Assembly (NCBI GenBank): GCA_010093815.1
Contig: ML996565.1
Source of the DNA: Pseudovirgaria hyperparasitica
Lineage: Eukaryota
Reading direction: 5' to 3' (one strand)
DNA: 64,000 bases
In this document: positions 1-13,682 of the stretch, in pieces
Layout of the letters: each line of letters opens with the position of its first letter
How positions within the stretch are numbered: position 1 is the stretch's first letter
Program-made: the position numbers and the translations under genes
Notes under the pieces: generated by a model
Databases searched by the model: none
Seen by the model: only the letters and a program-made list of their open reading frames with translations
What the model was told of the DNA's origin: nothing

Positions 1-1263
1 CTCAAGGAGATCGCGACCCGAGACGAGGACATCCGTAGTGCTCAAGAGCCCGAATCGTCCCACACAGCGACCCTTGCCCTGCGGGAGTCGATTGAGGCAC
101 GACAGCATGTCAGCGTCTGGAAATTCCAAATTGTGCAGCATCGATAGAGATACTATGAACTCTCAAAGCGACATTTGGCTCTTCCTCTCATCGTTATGCA
201 TCCTGCTGAATTACTATTTTTACCTCCTTTGCAACATGTTAAACTCGATCTCGGCCGACGGGTTCTCTTATAGGTATATATTCTGGTATCAACACACAAA
301 AGTTGTGGATCATAACTGCATCAGTTCTGTGGTGACGATTTCTCTGCATGGTCTGTGGCCTTGAGCTTGGAAAATCAAGCTTCTCTTCTCAAGCTGCAAG
401 CATTTGAAGAACGTTCCCGGTATCATAGGTGGAAAAACGCCAGCCTCGTGGGGTCTGGCATACCCCGGTCAATGATGAAGGGAGATATATTGTAGATTCC
501 ATCTGATTGGGCTTTGCTGAGATCCAGACGCTGACTTTCGCTGGACATGGGTCTCTGCTCGACGACAAGTTGAGGCACACTTGTCTGTATTGAGGCACCT
601 TGTCCGGGACTTGTCTAAGAAAGCTGGACATGGGGTCTTGTTTGAGTGCTGATTTTTTGTACGAGCTGAGACCTGATAGAACAAGATTAGTGAGGAGGAT
701 GACCTGACTGCGTCGCGCACGCCGACTCAGTATTCATTCCATCCATGCCCCGGGCCAGATGAAGCGCTCATGCTACCAATATATCTCGTGTACGTCCCTA
801 GGATCTGAGAGAGTTGATCAAGTTCTATGGTATACAATCATGTCCATCATGCAGCCTACATCACTCGTTCTACCATTGCTTTCAAATATAATGGTTCGAT
901 CCACATGCTTGTTCCCGAGCCCCCGAGGACGAGTGGAGCCCTTCGTCCCATGTCAGCCACGCCATATGTACGATGTGTTCACTATGCTATTTTCCTCCCC
1001 ACTTGCCGAGCTTTGCCTTCCAATGCTACCACTAATTAGTGAACAGCTCTGATTCTTTACCCACTCAGATTCCCGAGGTTCCGACCTAATTGAGCCCTAC
1101 ATTAAATGCTTTTCCCGTTAACAATCTCCTAAACTCCCTCGCAAAATGCATCAGCTCTTTTTCTAGTTTCATGATTTATGGGTCTGATGTGTGTTTCGTG
1201 ATCGATTGCATTACAGCATCTCAACCTTCGAGGCACCACTGGTGATCGCTTGGTCGATGCGTA

Positions 1264-4200
1264 CTAACCAGAGAAGCGGAATCTTGTAGCTTCAAGCCTT
1301 CCGAGCCCTTCGCGGGGAGCGACATTGCGCCGTCGATACGAGTTTGTGAAGTCTTGCAGGAGCGACCGGACTTTGTTCATCTCGTTAGACTGAACTCGAT
1401 TATTGATGTTTGTCAAAAGCCTATGCTTCTCTTGTTCTGTCATAGAACCTTCTGGTAAGCTCGCGACTGTGTTTTGAAGCCAAAGTGCAACCTGCTGGGG
1501 TACGAGTTCGAAGAGCTGGAGAAGTACGCCTGACGCATCGGGGATGCAGTCACGTGGGAAACTATACATCATTCCAGTCATAACGCGCTGTACTAGTTGC
1601 TCGCCCTGGTTGTCTAGGAGTTGTCTGACCCGTGCCCGGATCTCGGTTGGGTTCGTACGACGTTCCTGGTCAAAACTAGATGAGGGCGACATTTCACCAG
1701 CATGACTCAAGAGATCGCGAACGAAGTGTATGGTAGCAATAAGTGGCTCCTCCTTCAAAAGAGAGAGAGCGGAACAGGCCGCAGATACGATTGACCCCAT
1801 TAATGTGGAGAGAACGGTTTGTTGGGGATAGAATCGGACGACATCGGACGACAGCCGGAAGAAGTCTTCTATCAAGTCAGGCAGTTCCTCTGGGGGAACT
1901 TCGCTGAGAGCCCTCAGAAAGTTGGTGGCCTGTTGTTCATAGAATTGATAGACAGCGGCAACTGTATGCGGTTGGACAAATTCCTGCCCTTCGGAGAACT
2001 CGCGCATAATAGAATCTGTTGCCCATAGGAAGCATCCCTGCCTTGACGCAGCGAAGCCGGCCACTAGTTTTTCAGCCAGCTGCGGGAGCAGAGGTAGAAT
2101 CGATGTACGGTAGGACAGAACCATATACCTCCAGCAGCGACATACACGCTCCAGAACTGGTATGCAGTCGGCAAAGCCCTCGGCGACGGCAGCTAAAACT
2201 GGGAATATTTCTTGACAATATTTCACAGCCGGGTTCTCCTGTGAAGACTCTACATAGGGCTGGACCCATTGTATGAATATGGTAATGAGTTGCAGACGAT
2301 CTAGAGAAGGGTTAAACATCATTGTTCCCGGGTAATGAAACACTAAACCTACCAGCGATGGCCAGCTTTGCCTCATCATCAGCCGCGCTCTGAGCCATGG
2401 AGAGCAAAGTATTGATGACGGGATCGCAGTAAAGCTTCAAATTTTGATATATTTCATCGGTGGGCAATCGCGACACGACAGAGGCGACACCATCTGTGAC
2501 TTCATCTTGGCTGCTGACTGGCAATTTGTCGAGAACATTGGCGTAGAAGTGTTGCAATTGTGTGCTGAACCCTTTCAGCAAGTCGGCGCAGTCGTTGCAG
2601 AAAAATTTGAAAGATAACGCTGCAGCGCGAACAACTTCCTTGGAGTTGTGTTCGAAAGCAGCCATAATGAATGTGAGCTGAGGCTGGAGAAGATCCGGAT
2701 GTTGAGCGGTCCACTCTGTATAGCGACCAAGGGCCATGACCGTTTGAAATCGAACCTTTTCATGATCAGGTATCTGCACGAGGAGCGGCATCAGGCGAGG
2801 GAGTATGATGTTCTCATCAGCTGATACCATGCGTCCCATAGCTCGCAGACTGAAAAGTGGTGCCTCCAAACTTTGCCATTCAGGTACATTGCCAGCGATT
2901 GCCTGACCTCCATACGTCTTCACCCAAGAATCGATGAGCACGTACGTCTTCTCCAAGCATTGTGTCACACCAAGTACTTCGCAACAATCTTTCAAAACAT
3001 CACCCATCTGGTGACGGAATTCCCGGAACTTCTCCTCTAGTTCTCGGTCCCCGTCAAAGAGATCGTCAGTTCCGCTCTCCGACTTTGGGAAGGCCAGATG
3101 AGAGATCATAATGTCAACCAACTTCGAAAATATGTCTATAAACTGCATGCGAGCTTCCATGAAGTTGTCCAAGGTGATGAGCTGCTTCAATTCGTACCAG
3201 AAATTGAATGTCAAAGATATTGCATCTCGTTCCTTGTCAAGGGCTGCGGCTTCGAGTATAGCCTCAACTAGAGGCCGAAATTGTTGTGGCATCCTTGCGA
3301 TTAGGGGCACCCACATCTCCCCAGCCTCGGCGAAGATACGTGAGACCCCTTTGAAGGTCTCATGGTCTTCTTCTTTCGCAGCTTGCGAAATCTTCGGCCG
3401 AAGCGATACGATATGTGGGAATAGTATCTGAATCGCATCGACACACTCATCAACGTCTCGTGTCTCGGCAAAAATTGCGCAAATACATTCGACAGCCGCT
3501 TCGAACGAGGAGTCCGACGATAGACCATCAATCACGATCTTCAAGAGAGGGGATTTGACCAGCTCGTTGACTGAAACTTCTTTTGACCACGATGTTATAC
3601 ACTCAAGTAATTGGGGATCCTTGGCCGCTGAGGCTGAACGTTGAAGTCAGCAACATACATTGAATCTGGAATCGAAGAGCATACCTGAGGATTGTGAATA
3701 CTGAATGAGCAGTGTGAGTACCTGATGCACGTTGTCTTCTAATAGTTCCTTTGTCCTCTCGTTGAGCTCGTCTTCCTATGATTACAACCACATATTAGAT
3801 ACTGATACGAGTGTATGGGGCCGACACCAGCCAATGTGAGAATGACGTTTCGATCGAACATACTGTCAAGTTGATTTTTCGCCCTTCGGTGACTTCTTCC
3901 GGAAGAACACGAAGGAAATCCAACACACAGGCAATTTGCTGAGAATCGTTGCCTAGGGTCGCTACCACCAGTTGGAGGACATCCTTCCATTCCACCATTT
4001 GTATAGCGAGATTGACAAGACATACGCAAAGCTGCAGTCTCATAGGTTTAGGTCCAGAGCTGAATGTGGATAGGAGATTTAGGAGGGTATCGCGTAGTGA
4101 CGGTAGCTGGCTGCGGGGGAGTTGATGTAAGTCGTATACGATCTGAAGAGATGAGCAAGCATTCGATTTTGGGAGCACAGCCACTCACTTTGCCTTTGAG

Positions 4201-4473
4201 CGTGGTAGTAGCGAAGAGCTTCGCTTGGACATCAGCGTTCTGTGAGCTTAAGATACTGAAGATCGTCTGCCAGGCATCTGACTACGGAATGATTAATAGC
4301 AATCTCAAAGGTATGGTCTGGTAATGCCATACAGATTTTTGAAACTGTTCCAGAAAGCTGTGAGCTTCCTTCTTTTTTGTAGGTTCTCCAGATGACTGCA
4401 TAGTAGCAAGTGCGGCAAGCACAGGTGCAAACTCGTCCTGCGCTGATGTGCCGTTCGCAGCCATGGTCGCCAT
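1264..4473 (-). CDS. MTR10: Importin-beta family karyopherin Mtr10/transportin-SR (about 6 exons)
   Basis: ORF pieces 4282-4473, 3795-4184, 2312-3544 and 1264-2379 join through GT-AG introns. Motifs: AHSFLEQFQKS, AKLFATTTLKGK, FREFRHQMGDVLKDCC, WQSLEAPLFSLRAMG, C-terminal FTNSYRRRNVAPR. Confidence 0.93.
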
Positions 4474-4900
4474 GTTGGAATTGTTGCGCTGAAGCGTCTT
4501 CTCGATTTAAGTCCCGGCTTTCGAGTGGATCAAGCAATCGCGTAGACCTATCTTCATGCGTACAGAGGCGTTTGCAAAGACACACGTCTGAAAAGTGTGG
4601 ACAAAGACTGTTGACGGGAGTAAGTCGAGAAGAAATATATGATCAAGTGTGGGGAGTGATGAATGTAAAACGGTCCCGCATTCGTCAGTTGGGCTGAGCA
4701 ACCTTGAGCCAAGCGTTCTTCGCGCTAACAGTGGACTACGGCTGCATGCCGGGGTACTCCATTTACAACCGCAACAGCTCCAACTTGCGACTCTTTTCTT
4801 TGCAAATTCTATATCTAACTGCCCTCCGTCACACTGATCATAAATCACCACCAATAATTACTCTGGAGTCTTCCCGTAGACCAGCCCAATCTATCGAAAT

Positions 4901-5344
4901 ATGACTGGTCGCGGAGGTAAGACGATCGCCTTTTCCACTATGTTGCTGTGCTAATTCACATCGAACAGGTGGTCGCGGAGGCGGCAAAGTACGCGTTCAT
5001 TCATACACGGAATCCATTTCAACGACTGACGACCAATAGGTTCTCTTGCCCCCGATCAATTTCATCTTCAAGTTGTTACAGCAAAGGTCAACGGTCTCGA
5101 TATGGCTCTATGAACAACTGGGTATTCGAATTGAGGGAAAGATAAGAGTATGTTCGTATCATGATACTGCTTACATTCAGACTGACGTTGGATACAGGGC
5201 TTTGATGAGTTTATGAACTTGGTAATAGACGATGCAGTTGAGGTCAAGGTCGACCCTAAGGAAGGACAAGAGCCCCGCCGAAAGCTTGGTCAAATCTTAT
5301 TGAAGGGCGACAATGTTTCATTGATACAAACGACGGACGCTTAA
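4901..5344 (+). CDS. SME1: Small nuclear ribonucleoprotein Sm E (exons 4901-4916, 4969-4988, 5040-5147, 5198-5344)
   Basis: Not in the ORF track. Hand-spliced protein: MTGRGGGRGGGKVLLPPINFIFKLLQQRSTVSIWLYEQLGIRIEGKIRGFDEFMNLVIDDAVEVKVDPKEGQEPRRKLGQILLKGDNVSLIQTTDA, with classic Sm1 and Sm2 motifs. Confidence 0.96.
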
Positions 5345-5486
5345 GCTTCGACGGGCACTGGGATTTTCTGAGTTATAGGAGTTGCACGCTGAGGGTAACG
5401 TGCGGGCCCAAAAGTTATCAATCCGTCTTTATCTGCGCATGTGAAGGCCCATAATGGCGCTCAAGACGAGTCGACAGGTCCAAAGT

Positions 5487-6307
5487 CTACGTCGACGCAC
5501 GTAGAACATGCCCATCACCTACCACCAGGGCATCAAGGCGCCAGTCACTCTGGTCCGTCGGCACCTTTTCTCCCACAGGAAGTAGCTGCTCTTTCAATGC
5601 AATACCAACTGCGAGACGTCAGCAATGGGAGACATTTCATACGCATGTACAGAGTGTGAGCTTACCAAGAAACGGCATTCTCGTATAGTCAGCGGTCCCT
5701 AATTGCTGGGAGCAACGCCACAGAAAATAGTCATAGAAGCCTTTCCCGTGACCTAACCTACCGAGCTCAGTGTCAAAGCCCATGCCTGGCATCACAATGA
5801 GATCAAGGCTACTTCTTGAGGCGATCGAGTGGTTAGTGATACCTTTACTGTCAAAGGAGTTTCGTCTTTCTGGGATAGAATCTGGACTTGGAGTTGGAAT
5901 ACCCCATCTGTCTGGTTTTAGGGAATCATAGTCGTTCATCGACCATAGCTTCACCATGTCCATGACTGAGCTAGGTTGACCATCGTGGTGAGTTATGGCC
6001 TTGTATGTGTATGGAATAAAGACTTCTTTTCCGCTGGCTAGCGCATCACGAACAATGGCTGAGGTTGATATTTCACCACTTGGCATTGATAGAAATATGC
6101 TTATTCGTCTGGCCCGTTGGTACTCGGGCATATTTTTGAGATTTCGAACAGCCATCGAAGCTAAACACGTCAACTCCGGTGTAGATTCGGTGGAAATGAA
6201 GTATTTCAGCACTGACTTTGCGTCGCGATATCATCGTGAGATAGAGCAGAAAGCGCAGCTTTCATCTTCAGCCTTAGCTCCGTTTTCGAAACCTTGAGAG
6301 CGGTCAT
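5487..6307 (-). CDS. FAU1: 5-formyltetrahydrofolate cyclo-ligase (MTHFS), 3 exons
   Basis: N-terminal KTELRLKMK, then SIFLSMPSGEIST, WGIPTP, LDLIVMPGMGFD..GRLGHGKGFYDYFL. Last exon GIALKEQLL...VPTDQSDWRLDALVVGDG. Confidence 0.92.
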
Positions 6308-6676
6308 CGTAGTTGGATGTTAAGAGATGCCCCGTGACAGAACAGTATGTTACGTAGAATCGAGCACCTCCTACATCTGCGTTACGGAACTCCCAGCTCA
6401 GGTCCAATATCTCGCCAGGGCACTATGCACTATTATGAGGAACGCCGGCAGGGTAACGGGCCCTTGGGGGTTGGGAAGCTTAAAATTGGCTTAGTCGGAA
6501 AAACTGCAATCCACCGCACCAATGGATCGTCATCCCTCCTTATGGTTACGGCCAAGCGCCCCCTTCGCACGTCGTATCATACGTACCTACTACTGACTTG
6601 ATCACTCCTCCAACCTTAAAACTTCCCACCCGTCTCAGTCCGCCGCCCAAATAATACATCCCACCACGCGCGCACC

Positions 6677-7587
6677 ATGCTCCCCGGCTCAGGACTACTT
6701 TTTGTCTCTCTTGCAGCTCTAGCTACCAGCCAGGGCATCGCAGACCCCACACTGACAGGAACATGGTCTTCTAAATCGAACAAGACACTGACAGGCCCGG
6801 TACGATACCAACGTCCCGGGACATCAACGAGCCGTGACTGACATATATTATACAGGGCTTCTATGATCCTGTCAATGAAAAGCTAACGGAACCGTCACAC
6901 ACGGGGATCTCATACTCCTTTACGGAAGATGGCTTCTATGAAGTGGCTTTTTATCGCGCGATCGCGAACCGTACGTTAAGAAATGGACATACGCAAGCAG
7001 TTATACTAACACTGTGGTAGCTGTTGACCCTGCGTGTCCGAAAGGCATCATGCAATGGCAACATGGTAGTTTTGTCAAAGAGCAAAACGGCTCACTCATC
7101 TTATCGCCTATCAAAGTAGATGGACGGCAACTCTATTCCGACCCTTGCAAATACAAAAGCGCAGTCTACACAAGATACAATCAGTCTGAGCTATTTCAGG
7201 TCAGTCATAGAGTCTGACTATGAAGACTGAAGACTAGGACTTACATCGCGACAGAGATACACTGTCTACACAGATCCATACCACAATATTCCCCGACTCG
7301 ATCTCTTCAAATTCGATGGCTCACCAGTGCAGCCACTCTATCTTGCTTTTAAGCCACCGCAGATACTACCAACTACCACTCTTCAGCAAACTATGACAGC
7401 CTCTGGGACGGCTGGCACACAAGCTACCGCAACCAGCCGCAGCAAGCTTTTCAGGCGCGCCGAACCCGCAAGCATAACTCCCAACACCAGGACAAAGAGA
7501 CAAGACAATTATTACTCTCAATCGACATTCCTATTGATTGGTATAATTACAACTGGTATCGGCAGTGTCCTTTTTTTCTTCTTTTGA
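6677..7587 (+). CDS. ROT1: ER membrane chaperone Rot1 (4 exons)
   Basis: Signal peptide, then [77 protein letters not shown] and a C-terminal transmembrane helix. Confidence 0.92.
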
Positions 7588-9072
7588 AATCGTCTACAAC
7601 GGAAGCGAAATTACCTAATGCATGAATAAGGGTTCATATCTGTATAGAAGCGTCATAGAGTCATGTCTGAAATTCGTCAGAAGGCGTTGTAAGGAACAGT
7701 CGCGAGGGACTTGAACTCTTGCATATCTTTTGCTTTTACGGTTGAGTTGCGGGCTGAGTCGTCGCGATTTTGCATACAAGGTGTTCGGTTCGATGATCAT
7801 GGTGTAGGATTACGAATAAGACAGGAATTAAAGCCATGGCGACCTGCCACTTCTATCATGGCACGATCTGCTCTCGAGTCCTTTTCTATCATCCTTCAAC
7901 ATTTCGAACAAGGACACGACACTTTGTGATGCATATGTATACTTTCTCCTGAACGTCCATACATGAGAGTTTCTTTATGAGCTGGTACAGAACGCCACGA
8001 ACGCAGCTTACTGTTCTTTGGACGCAAGAATCTTGCTAAGCGTGCGACGATCATCGCAAAGCGAATAAGCTGTCAGTCAAGGCGAGCTACTGAAGTACGA
8101 TACAGCGGCATATGAATTCGGAGTGGATGGCTCTACCATGAGGATGACTGCCGTATAGAAGATTCGCATAGGAGCTGGAGGTGCGCCATGGAAACGTCAT
8201 CGATGGACATCTAGATTTCATGCCATCGCGATGCAGCAAGGACCATTGGCAGCGGAAGCATAGCGATCACGGTAAAATGCCCGCCGTTTTCCGATCAGGA
8301 GGTCATGAGCCGCAACTGTATGTAGCATTTGCACAGAGAATGGACAGCTTCTGATGATATGCCCCAAGCATGTGGATATGAAGTTCATTTCGGGTCTGTA
8401 AGAAATTTCATGTATGCTTTCGATGTCATGAAGTCCGGCCACTCAAATTTGCGCGGGCTGTCGGATAAGTGCTCGCAGCGAGTAGTCCGGTACGGGGATT
8501 GATATGTGTGTGAACGTGTTACTGCATCTGTACTGTGTGTGAAGTAAGAATCTGCAACACATTGCAGCCATGTACACGTTTGGTGTTGTTATATCTGAAT
8601 TGAATCCAGTCAAAGCCTGTGCAAATCCTTTAGATGTTTGGGGTCTTGATGGCGTCGCCTGTCAAACCCCTGCGCGTTCCTGCAGGTACCAGGTGCGACG
8701 GCTGGAATCATCACGGACAGGTCAACACTTCTAGCGAGGAAGCTTCACGATCGTCGCATATCCTATGCTCCACCTCAACTGCTTCTTTTCATCCCAAGGG
8801 CAATTGGCGACAAGACCACCTTGGACTTTCCCCATCAGTCGTTACTCATATCTTCGGATCTCACTGAAGAGTTTGCGCAAATTTGGTGACACTCTCTGCA
8901 TCTGCGCATCCTTGTCGCTACTCTGCGTCTCCCAGCCTCCCCCAAGGGCCCCCAGCCACCACAAGATTACATTGCTTAAGCGTCTAGTATCTTAGAGTCG
9001 AATTGCGCTACATCGAATCTCTCATCCGATCATTCGTAACATTCGTTTGCTCCCCTGGTCATCACATTAGCA

Positions 9073-9987
9073 ATGGCTGAACCAGAAGTTACTGTGGCAG
9101 AAAGCACCGACGACGTCGACATGGGCGAGACTGTAGAAAATGTCGACGCTCTCGAAGGCGAGGTCGACGACACTGCTGCGCTGCCCGAAACAGAGCCCGA
9201 AATTCCCGTCAGAACAACCTTCTTGGAGTAAGTCTCCTTTCCGAACAACCACAGTCTCGCGCCGCGCAATCCACAAAGCTGTCGCAAAACCTCACCACCT
9301 AACACCAACCTGACACCCTCCAGCTACCTTCGCTCTCCCATCGTCCAACTCTCCGTCGGCAGCGGCACCGACCAAACCCTCCTCTCCGCACACGAAGCCC
9401 TCCTCACCCAATCCCCCTTCTTCGCCGGCCGCTGCGCATCCTTCGCGAATGATGTCCCGCGCCTGATCGAGCTTCCCGACGAAGACCTCGAGGCCACAGG
9501 CTCCCTCCTCGAATACCTCTACCACGGCGAATACTTCCCCAAGCGCCTCGGCGGAGGCAAAGACATGGCCCTCGAAAACGACCCCTCCATCCCCAGCCCA
9601 GACGACACGGGCGCCTCCCTCCTCCGCCACGCAAAAGTCTACACCCTCGCCGACAAATTCGGCCTGCCGGCCCTCAAGAGCCTCGCGCACAGCAAGATCC
9701 ACCGCACCAGCAGCACCGCCAAGGGCGAGATCGCATACGCCAAATTCGTGTACAAGGAGACGAGCGCTGACGACCACACGCTGCGCAAGCCCGTCGCGGC
9801 GTTCTGGGCTACGCGCTCGCATGTGCTGCGTCATGAGGCCGAGGTCGAGTTCAGGCAGATGTGTCTCGAGTATCCGCAGTTTGGCTTTGATGTGCTGAAC
9901 CTGGTGCTCGATCAGAAGGAGAGGAGGGAGCCGACTGTGCAGCCGGGGAGCAGCCGGAAGAGAGCGAGGAATGGCTTGGCGATGTAG
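9073..9987 (+). CDS. BTB/POZ domain protein (one intron, ~9228-9323)
   Basis: Acidic N-terminus. Spliced TFLDYLRSPIVQLSVG...LSAHEALLTQSPFF...IELPDED...LLEYLYHGEY, LLRHAKVYTLADKFGLPALK. Confidence 0.85.
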
Positions 9988-10552
9988 ATAAGTTGAGCCC
10001 GTGGGCAGCCCCGAGGGGGAAAGAAAAGACGGTGGGACATGAGAGATGTCTCGGGACGCGCCGAGCAGAACAGCTCGGATGCGTGATCCGCGGTACTGAT
10101 GTGTCTTTCGGGCCCAATATTCTATGTCAGGATTGTAAAAACCACTTCGCGTCTGTATATCGCGGTTTTGTGTTGGTTTTTGGATCAGTGTGTCTCGACT
10201 ATTTGTAGCATTAGTATACTCTTTAAAATCTAAGAAGCAGCATCTACTACAATTATAGCGCATAGTCAGCTCCTCGACTCTTGCATGAAACAGGCTAACA
10301 TAATCTTTCCATACACATGTAGAGATTGAAGCTAACCGAAGTCTCGGACGGTGAACTGGATGATAAGCCCTAGATGGTTGTATTTATTCATGGAGGTTTC
10401 CGAAACGTTGCGATCGACCCTTCATGGTTGTGCAATTTGTGGTATTCAGCTCCAAGACTACTGAAATGAAGTACTGCTACAAGACTCATCCATGAACAAC
10501 TCATCCCCAGAACCCCCCTCCCACGACCTCACCAAAACCGCAGCACCAGCCT

Positions 10553-12229
10553 CTACGCATCCTGAATAATCCTCTCAATCTCCTCAATCTCCTTTGGCGT
10601 CGACGTGAGATTATCATGCCCGCTCTCCGTGACAAGCACGTCATCCTCGATCCTTACACCGCCAACATCCCAGTACCTGTCCAGCACCGCCGCGTCGATA
10701 TACTTGCCGTGCACCGGGTCCCTGACATACGGCTCGACGATATACCTGAAGAAATAGCAGCCGGGCTCGACCGTCACGACGGCGCCCGCGGGCACGGTGC
10801 CCCGGATGCGCAGATATCTGAACATGGGGTCTTTGTCGGCGTAGTCTGGATGGCCGCCGGTGTCGTGCGTGTCCATGCCGAGGTAGTGGCCGAGGCCATG
10901 CGGCATGAAGGCCGTAGAGGTGCGGGCCGCGAAGATGTCGTCGACGGAGCCGTTGCGCAGGATGCCGATGTCGAGGAGGCCTTGGATGAGGACTCTGTGG
11001 GCGTTGGAGTGCACGTCGTCCCAGCGCATGCCGGCCTTGATCAGGGCGATGCTGTCCTTTTGCATCTTGAGCACGATGGCGTAGATGTTGCGGCTCTCGG
11101 GGGTGAATTTGCCGTTGATGGGGAAGGTGCGGGTGATGTCGGAGGCGTAGGTGTCCTTTTCTGCGCCGGCGTCGAGGAGGATGTTGAGCTTGCCGTCGAG
11201 GGGCTGGTCGTTTGCGATGTAGTGGAGGGTTGCGGCGGCGGTGCCGGCGGCGACGATGGGCTCGTATGCGAGCTTCTTGCAGCCGCGGGAGATGCAGGAG
11301 GCGATGAAGAGGGCCTCGAGTTCTTGCTCGTTTTTGGCAGTTTTGGCGGCGCGGAAGACTCCTGTGTGAGCGGCTGTGGAGACCTCGTTGGCGTGGCGCA
11401 TGAGGGCGATCTCGTAGGCGTCTTTGGTCACGCGACATTCCTCGATGGCAGACTTGAGGTCTGTGAAGTTGCTGCTTGAGGAGGATATGAATGAGACATT
11501 GTCGGAGACCTGGTTTTCGATGGCGTAAGCGGTGCCTTTGAGAGATGCGAGCTTCTCCATGACCTGTTGGGTAGTGAGGCATTCGTCGACATCGTATCTA
11601 AGGATGTGAGTGATGGGTTCAGATCGAAATCATGGGTGTCGCCAGCTCATTACATACTTTTCCAATGCCTGCTCAGGGCTCAGTGGAAGTCCTGACCAAG
11701 TCACCTCGTCTGGATCAACCGGGGGAATAAACAGCGTCGACTTGTCTGTTGCCATGTCATATGTGAGATGGCAATCAGGTAGGTCACATCCTGTAAGGTA
11801 GAAGAAGTAACGACGTTGACTACGAAATTCGAGTATCAGAAAGTATCCATCTTTATCTGAACATACTCACCGGAAGGGTGCTGCTTGATCATTGTCCTAC
11901 ACTCCCAAGTCAGTGGCATTCGTCCGTTCATCAATATCTCCCAGAAGACATCCACAGCACGGCTTTAAAGCGCCTATACTTCGAGGCATTGAATACAGGA
12001 CGGCACGCACCTCATTCATCCTCGTCCTCTGTGCTTCCAGGTAGATAACACCATTAGACTCCCCTCCCTTGCTCTTGATATACGTCGCGACCTTCTGGGC
12101 ATGAGCTTTGGCGGGGTATTTGCCCTTCAAAATAGACTCATTAATAGCCATTTTGGTCATATACCGTTTGGTGATTCCGGTTGGGGTATTTCTAAGATTG
12201 ATACGCCGTAAGAGTCGAGCAATAAACAT
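10553..12229 (-). CDS. pepP: Xaa-Pro aminopeptidase/prolidase, M24B family (4 exons; alternative starts at 12160 and 12151)
   Basis: [21 protein letters not shown], metal-binding motifs [44 protein letters not shown]. Confidence 0.93.
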
Positions 12230-12751
12230 CAATATCTAGTGATACCCTCGTCGGTATGGTGGGACGTTGTGAGAGCGGCTAGCGTCGGTCCACTGGTCTG
12301 GCTGGATTGGATTGGAACTTGGAAATGACTTGAGGTGGGTAGGTGCCGTAGTAAGCATGTTTCTGACGCCCCGTGTAACCGTGACAAGACATGGTTGAAT
12401 TGTGTATATTGCATTTCACATTGTCTAATAGTTGTGCATGGTTCGAATGATGAATTCTGAGTCTTGATGATTAGACCAGGCACATACGTGTCACGAGGCA
12501 CTCTACGAATCATCGGACACCGAAGTGTTATTCATCATATACCCTCCTCTATGCTGTCCCTCATCTCATACAGAGGACTGCCCACAATGCCTTTCCCTCG
12601 AACCGCTTGTCGTATATATCCGACAATCATTTAACGCCAAAGCTCCCTATTAATTTCTCCTCTGGTCGGAATCTATTGGTGTTGCGCAAAAACACAGAAG
12701 ACATGCCGCGTGGTAATTTTACAAGACAAATATCGCGAGCCTTGAGTGACT

Positions 12752-13682
12752 CTAATCTTTCCATCGGGCGAGATATTTAGCCATGTCATCAGTAGGCATG
12801 GCAGCAGGCGCAGCCTTCGAGAAGGTTAGTGACATGTTGGGCTGGTATAGTATGGCATGTACTCACCGTGTTCTCTCTGCTCGCAACACTAAAAGTCTGG
12901 GACTGAGTGATTGTTGTGGCAATACTTGGGATAGGAAGGAATGTTTTTGCAACACTGTAGCTGCTGGTAGGATACAATGGGCTCTTATCTTTCTTGGTGA
13001 TCTTTGTTGGTGGCACCTTCATCATGGGGGCAAATCTGACATTGCCAGTCTGTTGACCAAAAGGGACATCGAATTGTTCAGCTCCAGGCTCCACGACGGG
13101 CGCTCCGGCCTGATTTGAGGTTGGAGGGCCGTCTGTGCTGCTACCTACTGATTTGGCGGCAGCGTCGATGGCTGTGGGAAACGAGCCTTTCATATTGGAT
13201 AAAGAAAATCGTGACGAGTAATTTATGACTGTGCCAGCTTTACCGGTGGATGTGATCTTCAAGAAACTTAGAGCGGGTTAGTGACTGCTCGTTCCATGCT
13301 CGCACAGCTGTTTCGACCTACTATGCATTCTTAATACTGGCCCCAACAGTGGCCATTGTGACGCCTTGAGCAGCGTTTCCAGTTGTGAATATACCATTTT
13401 CGACGACCGGAGCAAGGACGGACTAATATTGAGTTCAGTGAGTCCTCTTTGAACGGTGCCTCAAACACCACTCACGAATTCTTGGTTGCTACCAGCGCAT
13501 AGTTCTATGACATAACCAGTCAAATCAGACAGTGATGGTGAAGATCCCGAGTCTTTCCAAGCTACTTCAATAGCGCCGCCTCCGTTGATTGTGGCACCTG
13601 CTGCAGGTTTTGTAAATTCGACATCGGCGGTAACAAATGGTGCCAGCAGCAACGCCACGAGGGCGAGGCAGTGACTTTGCAT
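12752..13682 (-). CDS. KRE9: Cell-wall beta-1,6-glucan synthesis protein Kre9/Knh1 (4 exons)
   Basis: Signal peptide, DVEFTKPAAG, INYSSRFSLSNMKG, VPFGQQTGNVRFAPM, ITQSQTFSVASREN, terminal AAPAAMPTDDMAKYLARWKD. Confidence 0.9.

Noticed and set aside
1..1200. Possible gene fragment at the window start
   Set aside because: Only short ORFs, with no recognisable domain or consistent splice model.
4656..4697. GTGATGA...CTGA snoRNA-like pair in the MTR10/SME1 spacer
   Set aside because: Only ~40 nt, too short for a C/D snoRNA, and no recognisable guide sequence.
7600..9000. Short ORFs between ROT1 and the BTB gene
   Set aside because: No recognisable protein or RNA signature.
9292..11582. Long alternative ORFs 9292-10263(-), 10616-11479(+) and 10641-11582(-)
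   Set aside because: Shadow frames of the high-GC3 BTB and prolidase genes; stop codons are scarce for compositional reasons.
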